This document shows, in pieces, positions 18,347 through 28,070 of a stretch of DNA of 64,000 nt (position 1 is its first letter; each line of letters starts with the position of its first letter). This stretch comes from Acholeplasmataceae bacterium (GTDB taxonomy: Bacteria > Bacillota_I > Bacilli_A > Acholeplasmatales > Acholeplasmataceae): the NCBI GenBank assembly GCA_963675245.1, contig OY775910.1, positions 192,001 to 256,000 of the forward strand, in the 5' to 3' direction. A program made the position numbers and the translations under genes. The notes under the pieces are model-generated. The model did not search any database. It saw only the letters and a list, made by a program, of their open reading frames with translations, and was not told the DNA's origin.

Positions 18347-21342
18347 AATGCATCCTTAATCTTATTAAATAGCACTGGTGCAGCTAATTCCTTATATAAT
18401 CTACCCTCAATATATCTTACACCTAAACGTGTTAACCATTCTTTCTCTTCTTTGGTTTTTACGTTCCTAATGACTAATGCCATCTGATAACTTTCAGTTA
18501 GATTTTGAAGTTGTCTAATATATTCACCATATTTGATGTCTTCTTTTAGAAAATTGATATGGAGTGCATGAAAAGGATAAAATACCGCTGTTTCCAACGA
18601 TGTCGTGTCCATACCAATACCATGATCTACTAGTTCCTTTACTTGGTTTCTAAATTGATGTGGTCTTAAATCCATATCACATTTTAAACGAATAAATTCA
18701 TATGGAATCTTGTAATTTTTTAACGTTCCGAGAATGAATGGATTAAAAGAAGGTTCTATGAACGTCTCTTTAGATATAGGAATTGTAATTTTAATTAAAC
18801 GTTCAGTTGCTTTTTCTAAGTCAACTAAAAATTGACAAACTTGCTCAATATGAAATCTTTCTAAGGCAACTAAGCGATTTCTCTTTTCTGCAATCTTTAA
18901 TAAATATCTTGAATCAATAACAAGATTCGTCAAAATTAATTCTGATTCATATTGCCAAACAACATTATTTTTCATATCAATCATTTGATTGAATACTAAC
19001 CCTATATCTTTTGTTTCGATAGCCTGATTAAGATAATCAATGACTTGTTGTTCAAATAGTTCATCTTCATAATCCCTAAAGACAAAGTATTCAACATGTT
19101 CTTCTTTATCACGTTTAGCTTTTTCAAGAGATATATCAAAGAATCTTAATAGTTTTTCTCTGTTTCTTTCAATTGTCACGACAGGATATCTTAAAACACC
19201 CATTGATGCTTGAAATTTTTCATATTCAAGTACTTTAGAATTATATTGTTCTAACAATCTAAAGTAGCTTTTAACACTCTTAGAAACGCTTCTAATATCA
19301 TTAAAAGGAATGACCACCATTAGTTGATTGAAATCAAAACGATACGTCGATCCATCAGAAAAATGTTTCTTCGTGACTTGTGAGAATTCTTTGAAGAATT
19401 GTGTCATTTGTTCTATGCCATAAATATGCTTTAAAGTATCGTCAAATTCGATTAAACAAAAACTCACTTTATCTTCTAAATAGCCATGAAACGCTTCTTC
19501 AAAAGCGTATCTATTTGATAAATCTGTTTCTGGGTCGACGGTTGCTTGTAAGACGAGTGATTTAGCTTCATCGACCTCTTTTGTTTGATCAACAAAGATA
19601 GATAAGATGGTTACGTCATCTTGATATTTAATGCTAAATAACTTTTCAAGAATATGTTTTTCTTGGTAAGTATATAAAATTTGACCTGATTCTCCAGGTT
19701 TAGCAAATAATGTTCTAACGAGATTTTTATAGGTGTTAACATATTCATAAGATATATCTCTCATGAATAATTCAAAATGATGATGTTGATCAACACCGAA
19801 CAACGACATAGCTTCATCGTTAAATGTACTTCTTGTTGCTGTCATTTCACGATATGCGATAATTGGTGAATTCATCACTTGACGATAGAAACTATTCTCT
19901 TCTTTTAATTTTAATAGTCTTTTTTCATCAGCTAAATGAGAGAAAATAATCGAACTAATTAATTTCAATAAATCATAATGTCTTGCAGGATCTTCTAGTG
20001 TTTCTTCTAAATGACACACAAAAACACCGTTATCTCCAATTGGAAGGGCATAAACAAAACCAACAGTATCATCATAATCCTTGCCTGTAATCAAATTTTT
20101 CGACCATTTAATTTGAGTGGTCAATTCATAAACTTCTTTTCCTAATAAGACATCTGAAATATAGGTGTTTTCAATTTGTGAACGACCATATGTTTTATCA
20201 TATAATCTTTCTTTCTTGTAGAAAAAGAAATTATCTACATCTTGATTTAAATAAATAGCCATCTCTTTAGTTTCTATTATTTTATCTACTTCAATGAAAA
20301 AAAGTCTTAAGAAATCTCTTAAAGGTAATTTTTCGTCAATTAAATGTGCATACTCAATGAGATGAATAGACGCTTCTAAATGCTTTAATAATTGGCTTGA
20401 TACAAGCGATTTATCAGTATCTGGTTTCTCAATAAAGATGACTTTCTGTTCTGTTTCAGATTTTGATTCTTCTTCTTTTTTCGCTTTTTTTGTCAAATTT
20501 CGATTGATGTTTTTTAAACGATTTTGATAAAGCGTTAAAGATGGTTTATTATCAATCTTTTTGTATAGATCAACCAATAATGTATAAACCAGTTTTCTAA
20601 CATCATCATCTTCTGCTTCAAAATACTCTTCGTATTCCGCTTCTAAATTAGCAGCCTTCATATATTCCTCAGTCAAATAGTAAACTTGTAATAAACTATA
20701 GACTGTTTTAATATCTCTTTTATCTGTTTTCAAAGCTTCTAACGCTTTTTTCTTAGCTTCTTCTAATTGATTTAGCTTAACTAAAAGATTTAGTTCATCA
20801 TGAAAATATTTATATTTTAAATCAAAACCATAAAGTGCATTGATTTCTTTAAGTGCATCCTCATAATGTTGATCGTTCATATGAATGGCAAATAACTCTT
20901 CATGACAATAAATCTTCACTTGATCAGGAACAACATCGGAAAGCACTCTTAAGAGTTGTTCTGTATAAGGTTCATGAAGTGCTTTTTGTAATGCTATTTC
21001 ATCAAGTAATCCCATATATTGATTGACAACTGGTAAAGCTTCTTTTCTAATATCAATATAAGATTTCGCTTCTTCTAAATGTCCTAACTTGAGACTCGCA
21101 TGGATTAAATGTCCTAAAATCTTTTCATAATACATACTTTGAGATTGATTTTCAATACTTTCAAAGACACGTTTTCCCTCATCATATACATACTCAAAAA
21201 GACCTTCTTCATCAGCAATCTCTAAGTAGAAATTAAATGCTGCTTGATACTCAAGATGAGTAAGGCTCGTTTCTAAATAATCTTTAATGATGGCGAGGCT
21301 ATTCGCCTCTTTAGGTAGATTTAAGACATCTGCTAAACGCAT
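18343..21342 (-). CDS. TPR-like + GAF/PAS-like + degenerate GGDEF + degenerate EAL protein
   Basis: DPETDLSNRYAF (GGDEF N-terminal motif), YRFDFNQL for RxGGDEF, ASMGV, VFNQMIDM..YESE for EAL, YIEGRLY; helical-repeat N-terminus. Confidence 0.8.
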   Translation of the reverse strand: MRLADVLNLPKEANSLAIIKDYLETSLTHLEYQAAFNFYLEIADEEGLFEYVYDEGKRVFESIENQSQSMYYEKILGHLIHASLKLGHLEEAKSYIDIRKEALPVVNQYMGLLDEIALQKALHEPYTEQLLRVLSDVVPDQVKIYCHEELFAIHMNDQHYEDALKEINALYGFDLKYKYFHDELNLLVKLNQLEEAKKKALEALKTDKRDIKTVYSLLQVYYLTEEYMKAANLEAEYEEYFEAEDDDVRKLVYTLLVDLYKKIDNKPSLTLYQNRLKNINRNLTKKAKKEEESKSETEQKVIFIEKPDTDKSLVSSQLLKHLEASIHLIEYAHLIDEKLPLRDFLRLFFIEVDKIIETKEMAIYLNQDVDNFFFYKKERLYDKTYGRSQIENTYISDVLLGKEVYELTTQIKWSKNLITGKDYDDTVGFVYALPIGDNGVFVCHLEETLEDPARHYDLLKLISSIIFSHLADEKRLLKLKEENSFYRQVMNSPIIAYREMTATRSTFNDEAMSLFGVDQHHHFELFMRDISYEYVNTYKNLVRTLFAKPGESGQILYTYQEKHILEKLFSIKYQDDVTILSIFVDQTKEVDEAKSLVLQATVDPETDLSNRYAFEEAFHGYLEDKVSFCLIEFDDTLKHIYGIEQMTQFFKEFSQVTKKHFSDGSTYRFDFNQLMVVIPFNDIRSVSKSVKSYFRLLEQYNSKVLEYEKFQASMGVLRYPVVTIERNREKLLRFFDISLEKAKRDKEEHVEYFVFRDYEDELFEQQVIDYLNQAIETKDIGLVFNQMIDMKNNVVWQYESELILTNLVIDSRYLLKIAEKRNRLVALERFHIEQVCQFLVDLEKATERLIKITIPISKETFIEPSFNPFILGTLKNYKIPYEFIRLKCDMDLRPHQFRNQVKELVDHGIGMDTTSLETAVFYPFHALHINFLKEDIKYGEYIRQLQNLTESYQMALVIRNVKTKEEKEWLTRLGVRYIEGRLYKELAAPVLFNKIKDAL

Positions 21343-21346
21343 GTAA

Positions 21347-22216
21347 TCATCCTTTTATGTCAAGATATAGTGATTCTGCTAAATCTAAATATTTTCCTGC
21401 TAACATTTTAAAGTCAAAATGAACGACTTCTGATAAACCTATCATATCTTTACGGGTGGCAACTTGATGCCATTGCAAAGCCTGAAACATACGATAAAAA
21501 CGTACAGCATCTTGTTCTTCTTTAGAAGCTTTTCTGCCAAGATATGTATCTAACAAATCAAGCGCATCACTGAATTGCACATTACCAAAACTTGCAATAT
21601 CATAATAGATTTCATTGAGACCAGCATACTCCCAATCTAATAGATAGACATGGTCTTTACCTAATACAATATTAGAGCGTTGTGCATCACCATGACAAAA
21701 TACTTTTGGTTTGTCTGATCTCGTTTTGAAAATTTCAATCCATTTCGCTTTTAAATCATCATATTTAGGATTATTTTCGTTAGTGAATGTTTCATATAAC
21801 GCAAGTCTTTCAACATGTCCATAGTCTGAAGCAGGTTCAATACCGCTTTGATGTAGTTTTTTTAGCACATCCGCTACATCTTTTAAATGTGGCTTATAAT
21901 CAATATCAGTAAGTATCGTTCCTTCTACGAATTTTGCAGCTTTATCGCCTGATTCTTCATCGAAATAAACCGTTTCATTATTGATGTCGAGTGATTTAAT
22001 ACGCTTGATGTTGTCATGTTCAATCTTACGATCAACAAAAAGATTACCATCAGCACCAATCACTCTGAATGTATAATCTTCTCCATGTACTCTAATGTGA
22101 TATGTTAAATGACTCATACCACCCAAAAAACGATTAACGATTTCAATATCCTCTTCGCTAACCGCAAAAGCTCTTGCAGCATGTTCTTTAATTATATGTT
22201 CGTTTTGATCTTTCAT
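21347..22216 (-). CDS. Choline/ethanolamine kinase family (LicA-like) phosphotransferase
   Basis: GGMSH, FCHGDAQRSN, LLDWEYAG. Confidence 0.85.
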   Translation of the reverse strand: MKDQNEHIIKEHAARAFAVSEEDIEIVNRFLGGMSHLTYHIRVHGEDYTFRVIGADGNLFVDRKIEHDNIKRIKSLDINNETVYFDEESGDKAAKFVEGTILTDIDYKPHLKDVADVLKKLHQSGIEPASDYGHVERLALYETFTNENNPKYDDLKAKWIEIFKTRSDKPKVFCHGDAQRSNIVLGKDHVYLLDWEYAGLNEIYYDIASFGNVQFSDALDLLDTYLGRKASKEEQDAVRFYRMFQALQWHQVATRKDMIGLSEVVHFDFKMLAGKYLDLAESLYLDIKG

Positions 22217-22653
22217 AGTTCTTTAAAGGTGACCTGACCGTCCGCATAAATGGCATATGATTTGCGGTAATCACCTAACGCTCCTGGATTGATAATAGTA
22301 ATACCTCGGTCTTTTTGATAATATGGTCGATGAGTGTGTCCATAAATCACAACATCAACGTGCTCTGCCAGAGCAACATTAACTAACGTTTCATGAGTAA
22401 GTTTGACATGTTCTTTGTGGCCATGAGTCAACATCACACGAAGACCTTTAAGATCTAGTATTCGCATGTAAGGTTCATCAGAACCAAAATCGTTATTCCC
22501 TTTAACTGTGACTAGATGTAGTGGTTCATATTGATGTTTTGGTAAACATATGTCACCTGCATCAAGGTGATAATCGGCATCTTTGTGCATTTGACTCACT
22601 TTTTTTAAATTCTCTAATGCACCATGTATATCACTGGTAATGAGCAATTTCAT
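22213..22653 (-). CDS. YfcE/YsnB family metallophosphoesterase
   Basis: SDIHG, AGD, GNND, THGH, GHTH, INPG. Confidence 0.92.
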   Translation of the reverse strand: MKLLITSDIHGALENLKKVSQMHKDADYHLDAGDICLPKHQYEPLHLVTVKGNNDFGSDEPYMRILDLKGLRVMLTHGHKEHVKLTHETLVNVALAEHVDVVIYGHTHRPYYQKDRGITIINPGALGDYRKSYAIYADGQVTFKEL

Positions 22654-23218
22654 GTAAATGTTCCTTTAATTTTTTTATCGCATTCGCGCGATGAGATATT
22701 TGATGTTTAACCTCAAGTCCTAATTCACCTAATGTTTGTTGATAACCATTCGGAATAAAAAGTGGATCATATCCAAATCCTAGATCTCCTCTTAGTTCAT
22801 ATGAAGCTACCCCTTTTACTTCACCTTCAAATTCAAAGGTCTTACCATCTGGGAATGCGACAACAATGGCTGCAACAAATCTTACATTTCTATTGTCTTT
22901 ATCTTTAAGTTCTGCTAATAATTTTAAATTGTTTTCATGATTTCCTTTACCAGAATATCTTTTTGAATAAATACCAGGTCTCTGATTCAAAGCTTCTGCT
23001 TCAATACCCGAATCTTCTGCTAAAACGGGAATTCGATATTTATTGGTAAAGAATTGTGCTTTAATTCTAGCATTTTCAATAAATGTTGTACCTGTTTCTT
23101 CTACATCTTCTTGGTCATTATAGTCATTTAAATTAACACATTCAATGCCAGAGGACGCCAATAGTTGATTTAGCTCTTTCACTTTGTTCTTGTTTTGACT
23201 TGCAATGAGCATTTTCAT
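22631..23218 (-). CDS. rdgB: Non-canonical purine NTP pyrophosphatase
   Basis: ETGTTFIENA, EDSG, PGIYS, GFGYDPLF, KHQISHR. Confidence 0.95.
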   Translation of the reverse strand: MKMLIASQNKNKVKELNQLLASSGIECVNLNDYNDQEDVEETGTTFIENARIKAQFFTNKYRIPVLAEDSGIEAEALNQRPGIYSKRYSGKGNHENNLKLLAELKDKDNRNVRFVAAIVVAFPDGKTFEFEGEVKGVASYELRGDLGFGYDPLFIPNGYQQTLGELGLEVKHQISHRANAIKKLKEHLHEIAHYQ

Positions 23219-23320
23219 GTCATTCCCTCCTTTATCTTCACTTACTATCTTATCATAACCACAAAAATTATTATAGATAATATAGCTGATTTAAGTTATA
23301 ATAGCACTGGGTGAAAAATT

Positions 23321-24472
23321 ATGAATGAAGATCAAAAAAACATCAACGAATTTGATGATTTGTTTAAAACACACAATATTGAGCAAAAGCCACCAATAAA
23401 AGAGAGCAATTCCACTTATTTTTTATCGATTCTCTACTACTTATTAATTATGGTGGTATTATCAACTATTGTTGGTATTATTTTTTTATCGTTTGATAAT
23501 ACAACTATCACATTAAACCAAGATCAATTAGCGATTGAAAGTGTTGCATCCGACACTGGTGGTTTTACGCTTATTGATTCAAGTGCCTTTGACTTGTACG
23601 CTGAAGATTATAGTTCATATGTCTATTCTATTGGTTTATATAATGATTTCGCAATTGTTATTAACCTGTACAATACAGCTGGTTACGACTATTTAGTCAC
23701 ACAAAATACAGAAAATGTAAATATATTACAAGTTGATCATTTAGAAGCAATCCTATCTGGAGAACGTACATATTGGGATGATGCTTCAACCTATCAAATA
23801 TTTTTATATGAGTCATCTTTAAGTTCTTATAGTTCTGCAACGCTTCAAACAAATTATATTGAAGACACGCTTACAACATATACAAGTTTTGCGAGTTCTC
23901 TATTAAATTTCATCACTTATATCGCATTAACACCAATTTTGGCACTCGTATTATTAAGAAAAGATATTACAGCAGATTTACTTGTTTATAAGAAAAAATG
24001 GACACAATTCATCCCACCAGTACTTATTGGTTATGCGCTTGCCTTAGTAGGTAACTTTGTAGCAAGTTTTTTATCCGGATTAGTCGCTCAATTTTTTGGG
24101 CAAATGCAGTCCACTGCATCGAACCAAATGATCATTGAACAATCACTTCTATCAAATGGTGTTGTATTCATTTTCTTATCCGCTGTCATTTTAGGACCAA
24201 TTGCTGAAGAATTAATCTTTAGACTTTCAATCTTTAAGTTAATTAAAAATGAAATAGTCGCGTTAATTGTTTCAGCACTCGCATTTGGACTGATTCATTT
24301 GTTAAATGAAGTGACTATTGTAGATGCTTTGATTAATGGCATTGTCTACATTTCATTAGGATTTGTATTTGGATATCTTTATATTAGAAATAAAAAGAAT
24401 ATCGCAGTTAACATCGCCATCCACATTTTATATAATTTGATTAGTGTCTTGGCTGTTCTGCTTTTGCTATAG
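23321..24472 (+). CDS. CPBP/Abi family intramembrane metalloprotease
   Basis: AEELIFR, FGLIH, HILYN motifs; large hydrophilic insert after TM1. Confidence 0.88.
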   Translation: MNEDQKNINEFDDLFKTHNIEQKPPIKESNSTYFLSILYYLLIMVVLSTIVGIIFLSFDNTTITLNQDQLAIESVASDTGGFTLIDSSAFDLYAEDYSSYVYSIGLYNDFAIVINLYNTAGYDYLVTQNTENVNILQVDHLEAILSGERTYWDDASTYQIFLYESSLSSYSSATLQTNYIEDTLTTYTSFASSLLNFITYIALTPILALVLLRKDITADLLVYKKKWTQFIPPVLIGYALALVGNFVASFLSGLVAQFFGQMQSTASNQMIIEQSLLSNGVVFIFLSAVILGPIAEELIFRLSIFKLIKNEIVALIVSALAFGLIHLLNEVTIVDALINGIVYISLGFVFGYLYIRNKKNIAVNIAIHILYNLISVLAVLLLL

Positions 24473-24475
24473 TCC

Positions 24476-24513
24476 AAAAAAAAGATGTTAGGCAATCCTA
24501 ACGTCTTTTTTTT
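24476..24513. terminator. Bidirectional terminator
   Basis: A-run-GATGTTAGG-CAAT-CCTAACGTC-T-run between convergent genes. Confidence 0.85.
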
Positions 24514-25300
24514 ATTTGATCACCACTCGTTTTTTAAATAAGAAATAACCTATAGCTAATCCAATAACTGTGACTCCCATAAATATCACAAACGTTAACC
24601 ATTCAAAATCATAGTTCGTCTTTAATATTTCAACTGGATCAGCAAATGTAAATGGTGAAGCATACTTGAATCGTTTCAACCACTCTGTATTGGTTAAAGT
24701 CGCTAACAACGTAATTATATAAAACGGTAATGGGATGATAATTGATATCATTGAATTCGTACCTGTTTTTAAAATTAACGCTAAGATAAACCCCAAATAA
24801 CCAATCACTAAATACATGACCATGTTAAGTGATGAAAATGAGAAATATTGCATGAAGTCAAATGATTCATTGACAGCAGCAAACCCTAAATAACCAAACG
24901 CATAATTAATCACAGAAAACGCAAAAATAAATCCAAAGATTATGATAATTTTCGATAAATAAAATGTCATTTTAGAGACAGGCATCGTATATAGCACTTC
25001 CGATGTTTTTTCTTTTTCCACTTTAGCTATCATATTAAAACCTAGACTAGCAGCGAAAATAGCACCGAAGATTTGCATCATCATAGCACCTTCTGTGGCG
25101 TAATACTCTAATACATTATCAGGAATACCACCGAACTGTTCCATGATTTGTTGCACTTCAGGTGGCATAGCAGCATAAATATCAATAACCATCGGATATA
25201 AGATAATCACAAGGAAAACCATTATTGATACACTTAAAGACCAGATGATCATAGCGAGATAACCACGACGTAACTCCATTTTCAATAGATTAATTAACAT
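24512..25300 (-). CDS. ABC-2 type transporter permease
   Basis: Six TM segments, EKEKTSEVLYTMPVS, YASPF; start ATG 25300. Confidence 0.85.
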   Translation of the reverse strand: MLINLLKMELRRGYLAMIIWSLSVSIMVFLVIILYPMVIDIYAAMPPEVQQIMEQFGGIPDNVLEYYATEGAMMMQIFGAIFAASLGFNMIAKVEKEKTSEVLYTMPVSKMTFYLSKIIIIFGFIFAFSVINYAFGYLGFAAVNESFDFMQYFSFSSLNMVMYLVIGYLGFILALILKTGTNSMISIIIPLPFYIITLLATLTNTEWLKRFKYASPFTFADPVEILKTNYDFEWLTFVIFMGVTVIGLAIGYFLFKKRVVIK

Positions 25301-26168
25301 GATTAACACCTACCCCATAATGACTCAAGAAGATTTCTTCTAGTGTCACATCTCGAATCACTAAATCGTTGATATCAAACGTATTTAATATGCTTACTAA
25401 ATTATTCATTTCACCATGATAATGAAATGTCAGTTCATTATCTTTAATCGTGACATCAGTGACTAGCTCATGACTTATTTCAATGACTGGACTTATTTTA
25501 ACAACCTTATGTTCTCTTTCACGAAGCGTCTTCATCGTTTCTGTTATAATGACTTTTCCATCTTTTATTAACGAAACACGATCACATACTTTTTGAACAT
25601 CACTTAACACATGACTTGATAAGAAAATCGTAGAACCCATCGATTTAGCTTCTATAAGTAAGTTTAAAAAGTTTTGTTGAATCAATGGATCTAAACCAGT
25701 CGTAGGTTCATCTAAAATAAGTAATTTAGGTTGATGCATCATCGCGATTAATATGCCTAGTTTTTTCTTATTACCAAAAGAGAGCTCACTGACTTTCTTT
25801 TGCGTATCAATGTCAAGTTCCTTAATAATATGTGCTTTATACGTTTCATCAACAGTGTGGAATTTCTCGAAAAACTTAATGATATCTTTTACTTTATACT
25901 CATTAAAAAATAAGGCTTCACTTGGTAGATAACCAATCTCATGATTAATGACATAATTATCCATCTGGCATGCCATATCAAAAATGATTGCTTCTCCAGA
26001 ATCTTTATCTAAAAGTCCTGTTAAAATTCTAATCAGCGTCGTTTTACCTGCGCCATTTGGCCCAATAAAGCCAAATATTTCACCTTTATTGACACATAAA
26101 GAAGCGTCTTCTAAACCTCTTGATTTACCATAATATTTTTTTAAGTGGTTAATCTCTATTATAGCCAT
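25290..26168 (-). CDS. ABC transporter ATP-binding protein
   Basis: GPNGAGKTT, LSFGN, ILDEPTTGLDP, SSH; start ATG 26168 after AAGGAG. Confidence 0.92.
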   Translation of the reverse strand: MAIIEINHLKKYYGKSRGLEDASLCVNKGEIFGFIGPNGAGKTTLIRILTGLLDKDSGEAIIFDMACQMDNYVINHEIGYLPSEALFFNEYKVKDIIKFFEKFHTVDETYKAHIIKELDIDTQKKVSELSFGNKKKLGILIAMMHQPKLLILDEPTTGLDPLIQQNFLNLLIEAKSMGSTIFLSSHVLSDVQKVCDRVSLIKDGKVIITETMKTLREREHKVVKISPVIEISHELVTDVTIKDNELTFHYHGEMNNLVSILNTFDINDLVIRDVTLEEIFLSHYGVGVNHVN

Positions 26169-26172
26169 ATGC

Positions 26173-26958
26173 TTATAACTCCTTTTCATTTGAAAATAAA
26201 TGATTAAAATAACGATCTGGATGATTTAAAAAATCTTTCATCATTTGCACATTTTCTATCTCATCATAATCTATTTTTTGAATACCTTCATTATCTATTT
26301 TTAATATATTTGCGTTTGGATACGCCATAATTAGTGGTGAATGAGTCGCGATGATGAATTGACAACCATCTTTTATACCTTCATGTAACATATATAATAA
26401 TGATAGTTGATTATGAAATGATAAAGGTGTTTCAGGTTCATCTAATAAAATCAGGTAGTTAGGAACAAGTCTTGATTTAAAAAATGATAGATAAGATTCA
26501 CCATGAGATGATTTAAGCAAATCACGATCATGTAAACCTTCCACTTCATAAAGTGTTTTTTGATATGGTCCTTGTGCTTGCATTTTAGCAAATGTAGATT
26601 TATGTTGGTATGTTTTTTCAACATCTTTAATGGCTTCTTTTGCATAGGCTTTTTCTTTTTCTAGTTCATAAATATATGTTGTGAAATCTTCTGATGAAAA
26701 ATATAAACCTTTTGGTTTATGAAGCTGATATGTAAACGCCACTTTCACATGTGGTACTTTATTTAAAGAGCGACCAATTTGAAATAATTTCAATTCTGAT
26801 TGTATTAATTCAAGCAATGTGGTTTTACCACAGCCATTGTCGCCAATTAAGATCGTAATCGGATGATTCACATCAATTAATTGATTAAAGAAAGATAAAT
26901 GATATGGAAAATTCTTATGTTGTTCTGAATCGAAAAATACAGTTTTAAGCTTGCTCAT
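26173..26958 (-). CDS. COG3910-like ABC-class ATPase
   Basis: GDNGCGKTT, SHGES, LLDEPETPLS, IATHSP. Confidence 0.85.
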   Translation of the reverse strand: MSKLKTVFFDSEQHKNFPYHLSFFNQLIDVNHPITILIGDNGCGKTTLLELIQSELKLFQIGRSLNKVPHVKVAFTYQLHKPKGLYFSSEDFTTYIYELEKEKAYAKEAIKDVEKTYQHKSTFAKMQAQGPYQKTLYEVEGLHDRDLLKSSHGESYLSFFKSRLVPNYLILLDEPETPLSFHNQLSLLYMLHEGIKDGCQFIIATHSPLIMAYPNANILKIDNEGIQKIDYDEIENVQMMKDFLNHPDRYFNHLFSNEKEL

Positions 26959-27003
26959 TCATCCACCTTCTTTACTATCTATTGTAACACGTATGACAAA
27001 AAT

Positions 27004-27024
27004 AAAAAGCACCATCAGGTGCTT
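27004..27024 (-). terminator. Terminator after ankyrin gene
   Basis: AAGCACC-ATCA-GGTGCTT with T-run on the minus strand. Confidence 0.75.
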
Positions 27025-27979
27025 AAATCGCTTCTAAATCTCTTAACATGGAAACGCATAATGTTAAATGATATTGTTTCGCATAATCAAGGGCTGTCTT
27101 ATTAAGACGATCTTTTTTCATTGGTACTTGCCGTTCTATCAATTTTCTTAAGAAAATATGATCACGATTAAGGACGGCAATTGATAATGCTTGTTTATCA
27201 GCTAATCGTTCGTATTTAGGTGTTGCCATATAATCTGTAATATATTGTAAATTTTCAGGCTTATCAAATATCATCGCAGTATCAAGTGGTGTTTCAAATC
27301 TTCTGTTCTTTATGTCTATATATGCATCAGAAGCTAATAACAATCTGATGGTTTCAACTGTTCCGAATCTCACAGCATTAAAAATCGGTGTTTCAAAATG
27401 ATCATTTAATGCATTAGGATCTAAATTTTGATTGAGTAACATGTCTATTAAAACAACATTACTTGTCTTTGTAGCATGATGGAGTAATGTGTTACCATGT
27501 GAATCTCTCATGTCATAGCTTTGATTTGATTTCTTGATCAAAAAATCAATGACATCATGGCGACCACCAGCAATCGCATAATGAACCGGATATTTATCTT
27601 CCTTCGTTTGTTTATTCAAAAATGATCCAGATTCAATTAACAGTTTAATAAATGCTAAATCACCTTTAAAACTCGCAAGATGAATTGGTAATTCTCCTTG
27701 TCTATTTTCAACATTGACATTTGCATATTTATCAATTAGTTTTTTGGCAATTTGAACCTTACCTTTTCTTGCACAATCAAAAAGCGGTGTTTCACCGTAT
27801 TGATCTGTTAGATTCACATTAATATCTTGATTCAAAAGATAATCAATGACATCTGTCGCACTGCCTGTAACTGCATAGTGTAATAAACTCTTCTTCTTGT
27901 CGTCAACCATTTCTAGATGTGTCATATAAAGTTTGACAAATTCAAGATCATTTTCCGTTGCTTTTTGGAAGATATCCAT
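27023..27979 (-). CDS. Ankyrin repeat protein
   Basis: Repeated ~33-aa units GETPLF, GELPIH, YPVHYA, GNTLLH, FETPIF, FETPLD. Confidence 0.92.
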   Translation of the reverse strand: MDIFQKATENDLEFVKLYMTHLEMVDDKKKSLLHYAVTGSATDVIDYLLNQDINVNLTDQYGETPLFDCARKGKVQIAKKLIDKYANVNVENRQGELPIHLASFKGDLAFIKLLIESGSFLNKQTKEDKYPVHYAIAGGRHDVIDFLIKKSNQSYDMRDSHGNTLLHHATKTSNVVLIDMLLNQNLDPNALNDHFETPIFNAVRFGTVETIRLLLASDAYIDIKNRRFETPLDTAMIFDKPENLQYITDYMATPKYERLADKQALSIAVLNRDHIFLRKLIERQVPMKKDRLNKTALDYAKQYHLTLCVSMLRDLEAI

Positions 27980-28027
27980 ACACTCACCACCCTAGTTATA
28001 TTTTACTATGAACGTGTTCATAAAAGC

Positions 28028-28068
28028 AAAAAAAAATTGTTCAACTCATTGTCGAACAATTTCTTTTT
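28028..28068 (-). terminator. Terminator after hup
   Basis: AAATTGTTC..GAACAATTT stem with T-run on the minus strand. Confidence 0.75.
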
Positions 28069-28070
28069 AA

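Noticed and set aside
28010..28019. GAAC..GTTC as a LexA (SOS) box
   Set aside because: Spacing is N2, not N4; no SOS box was seen upstream of recA either
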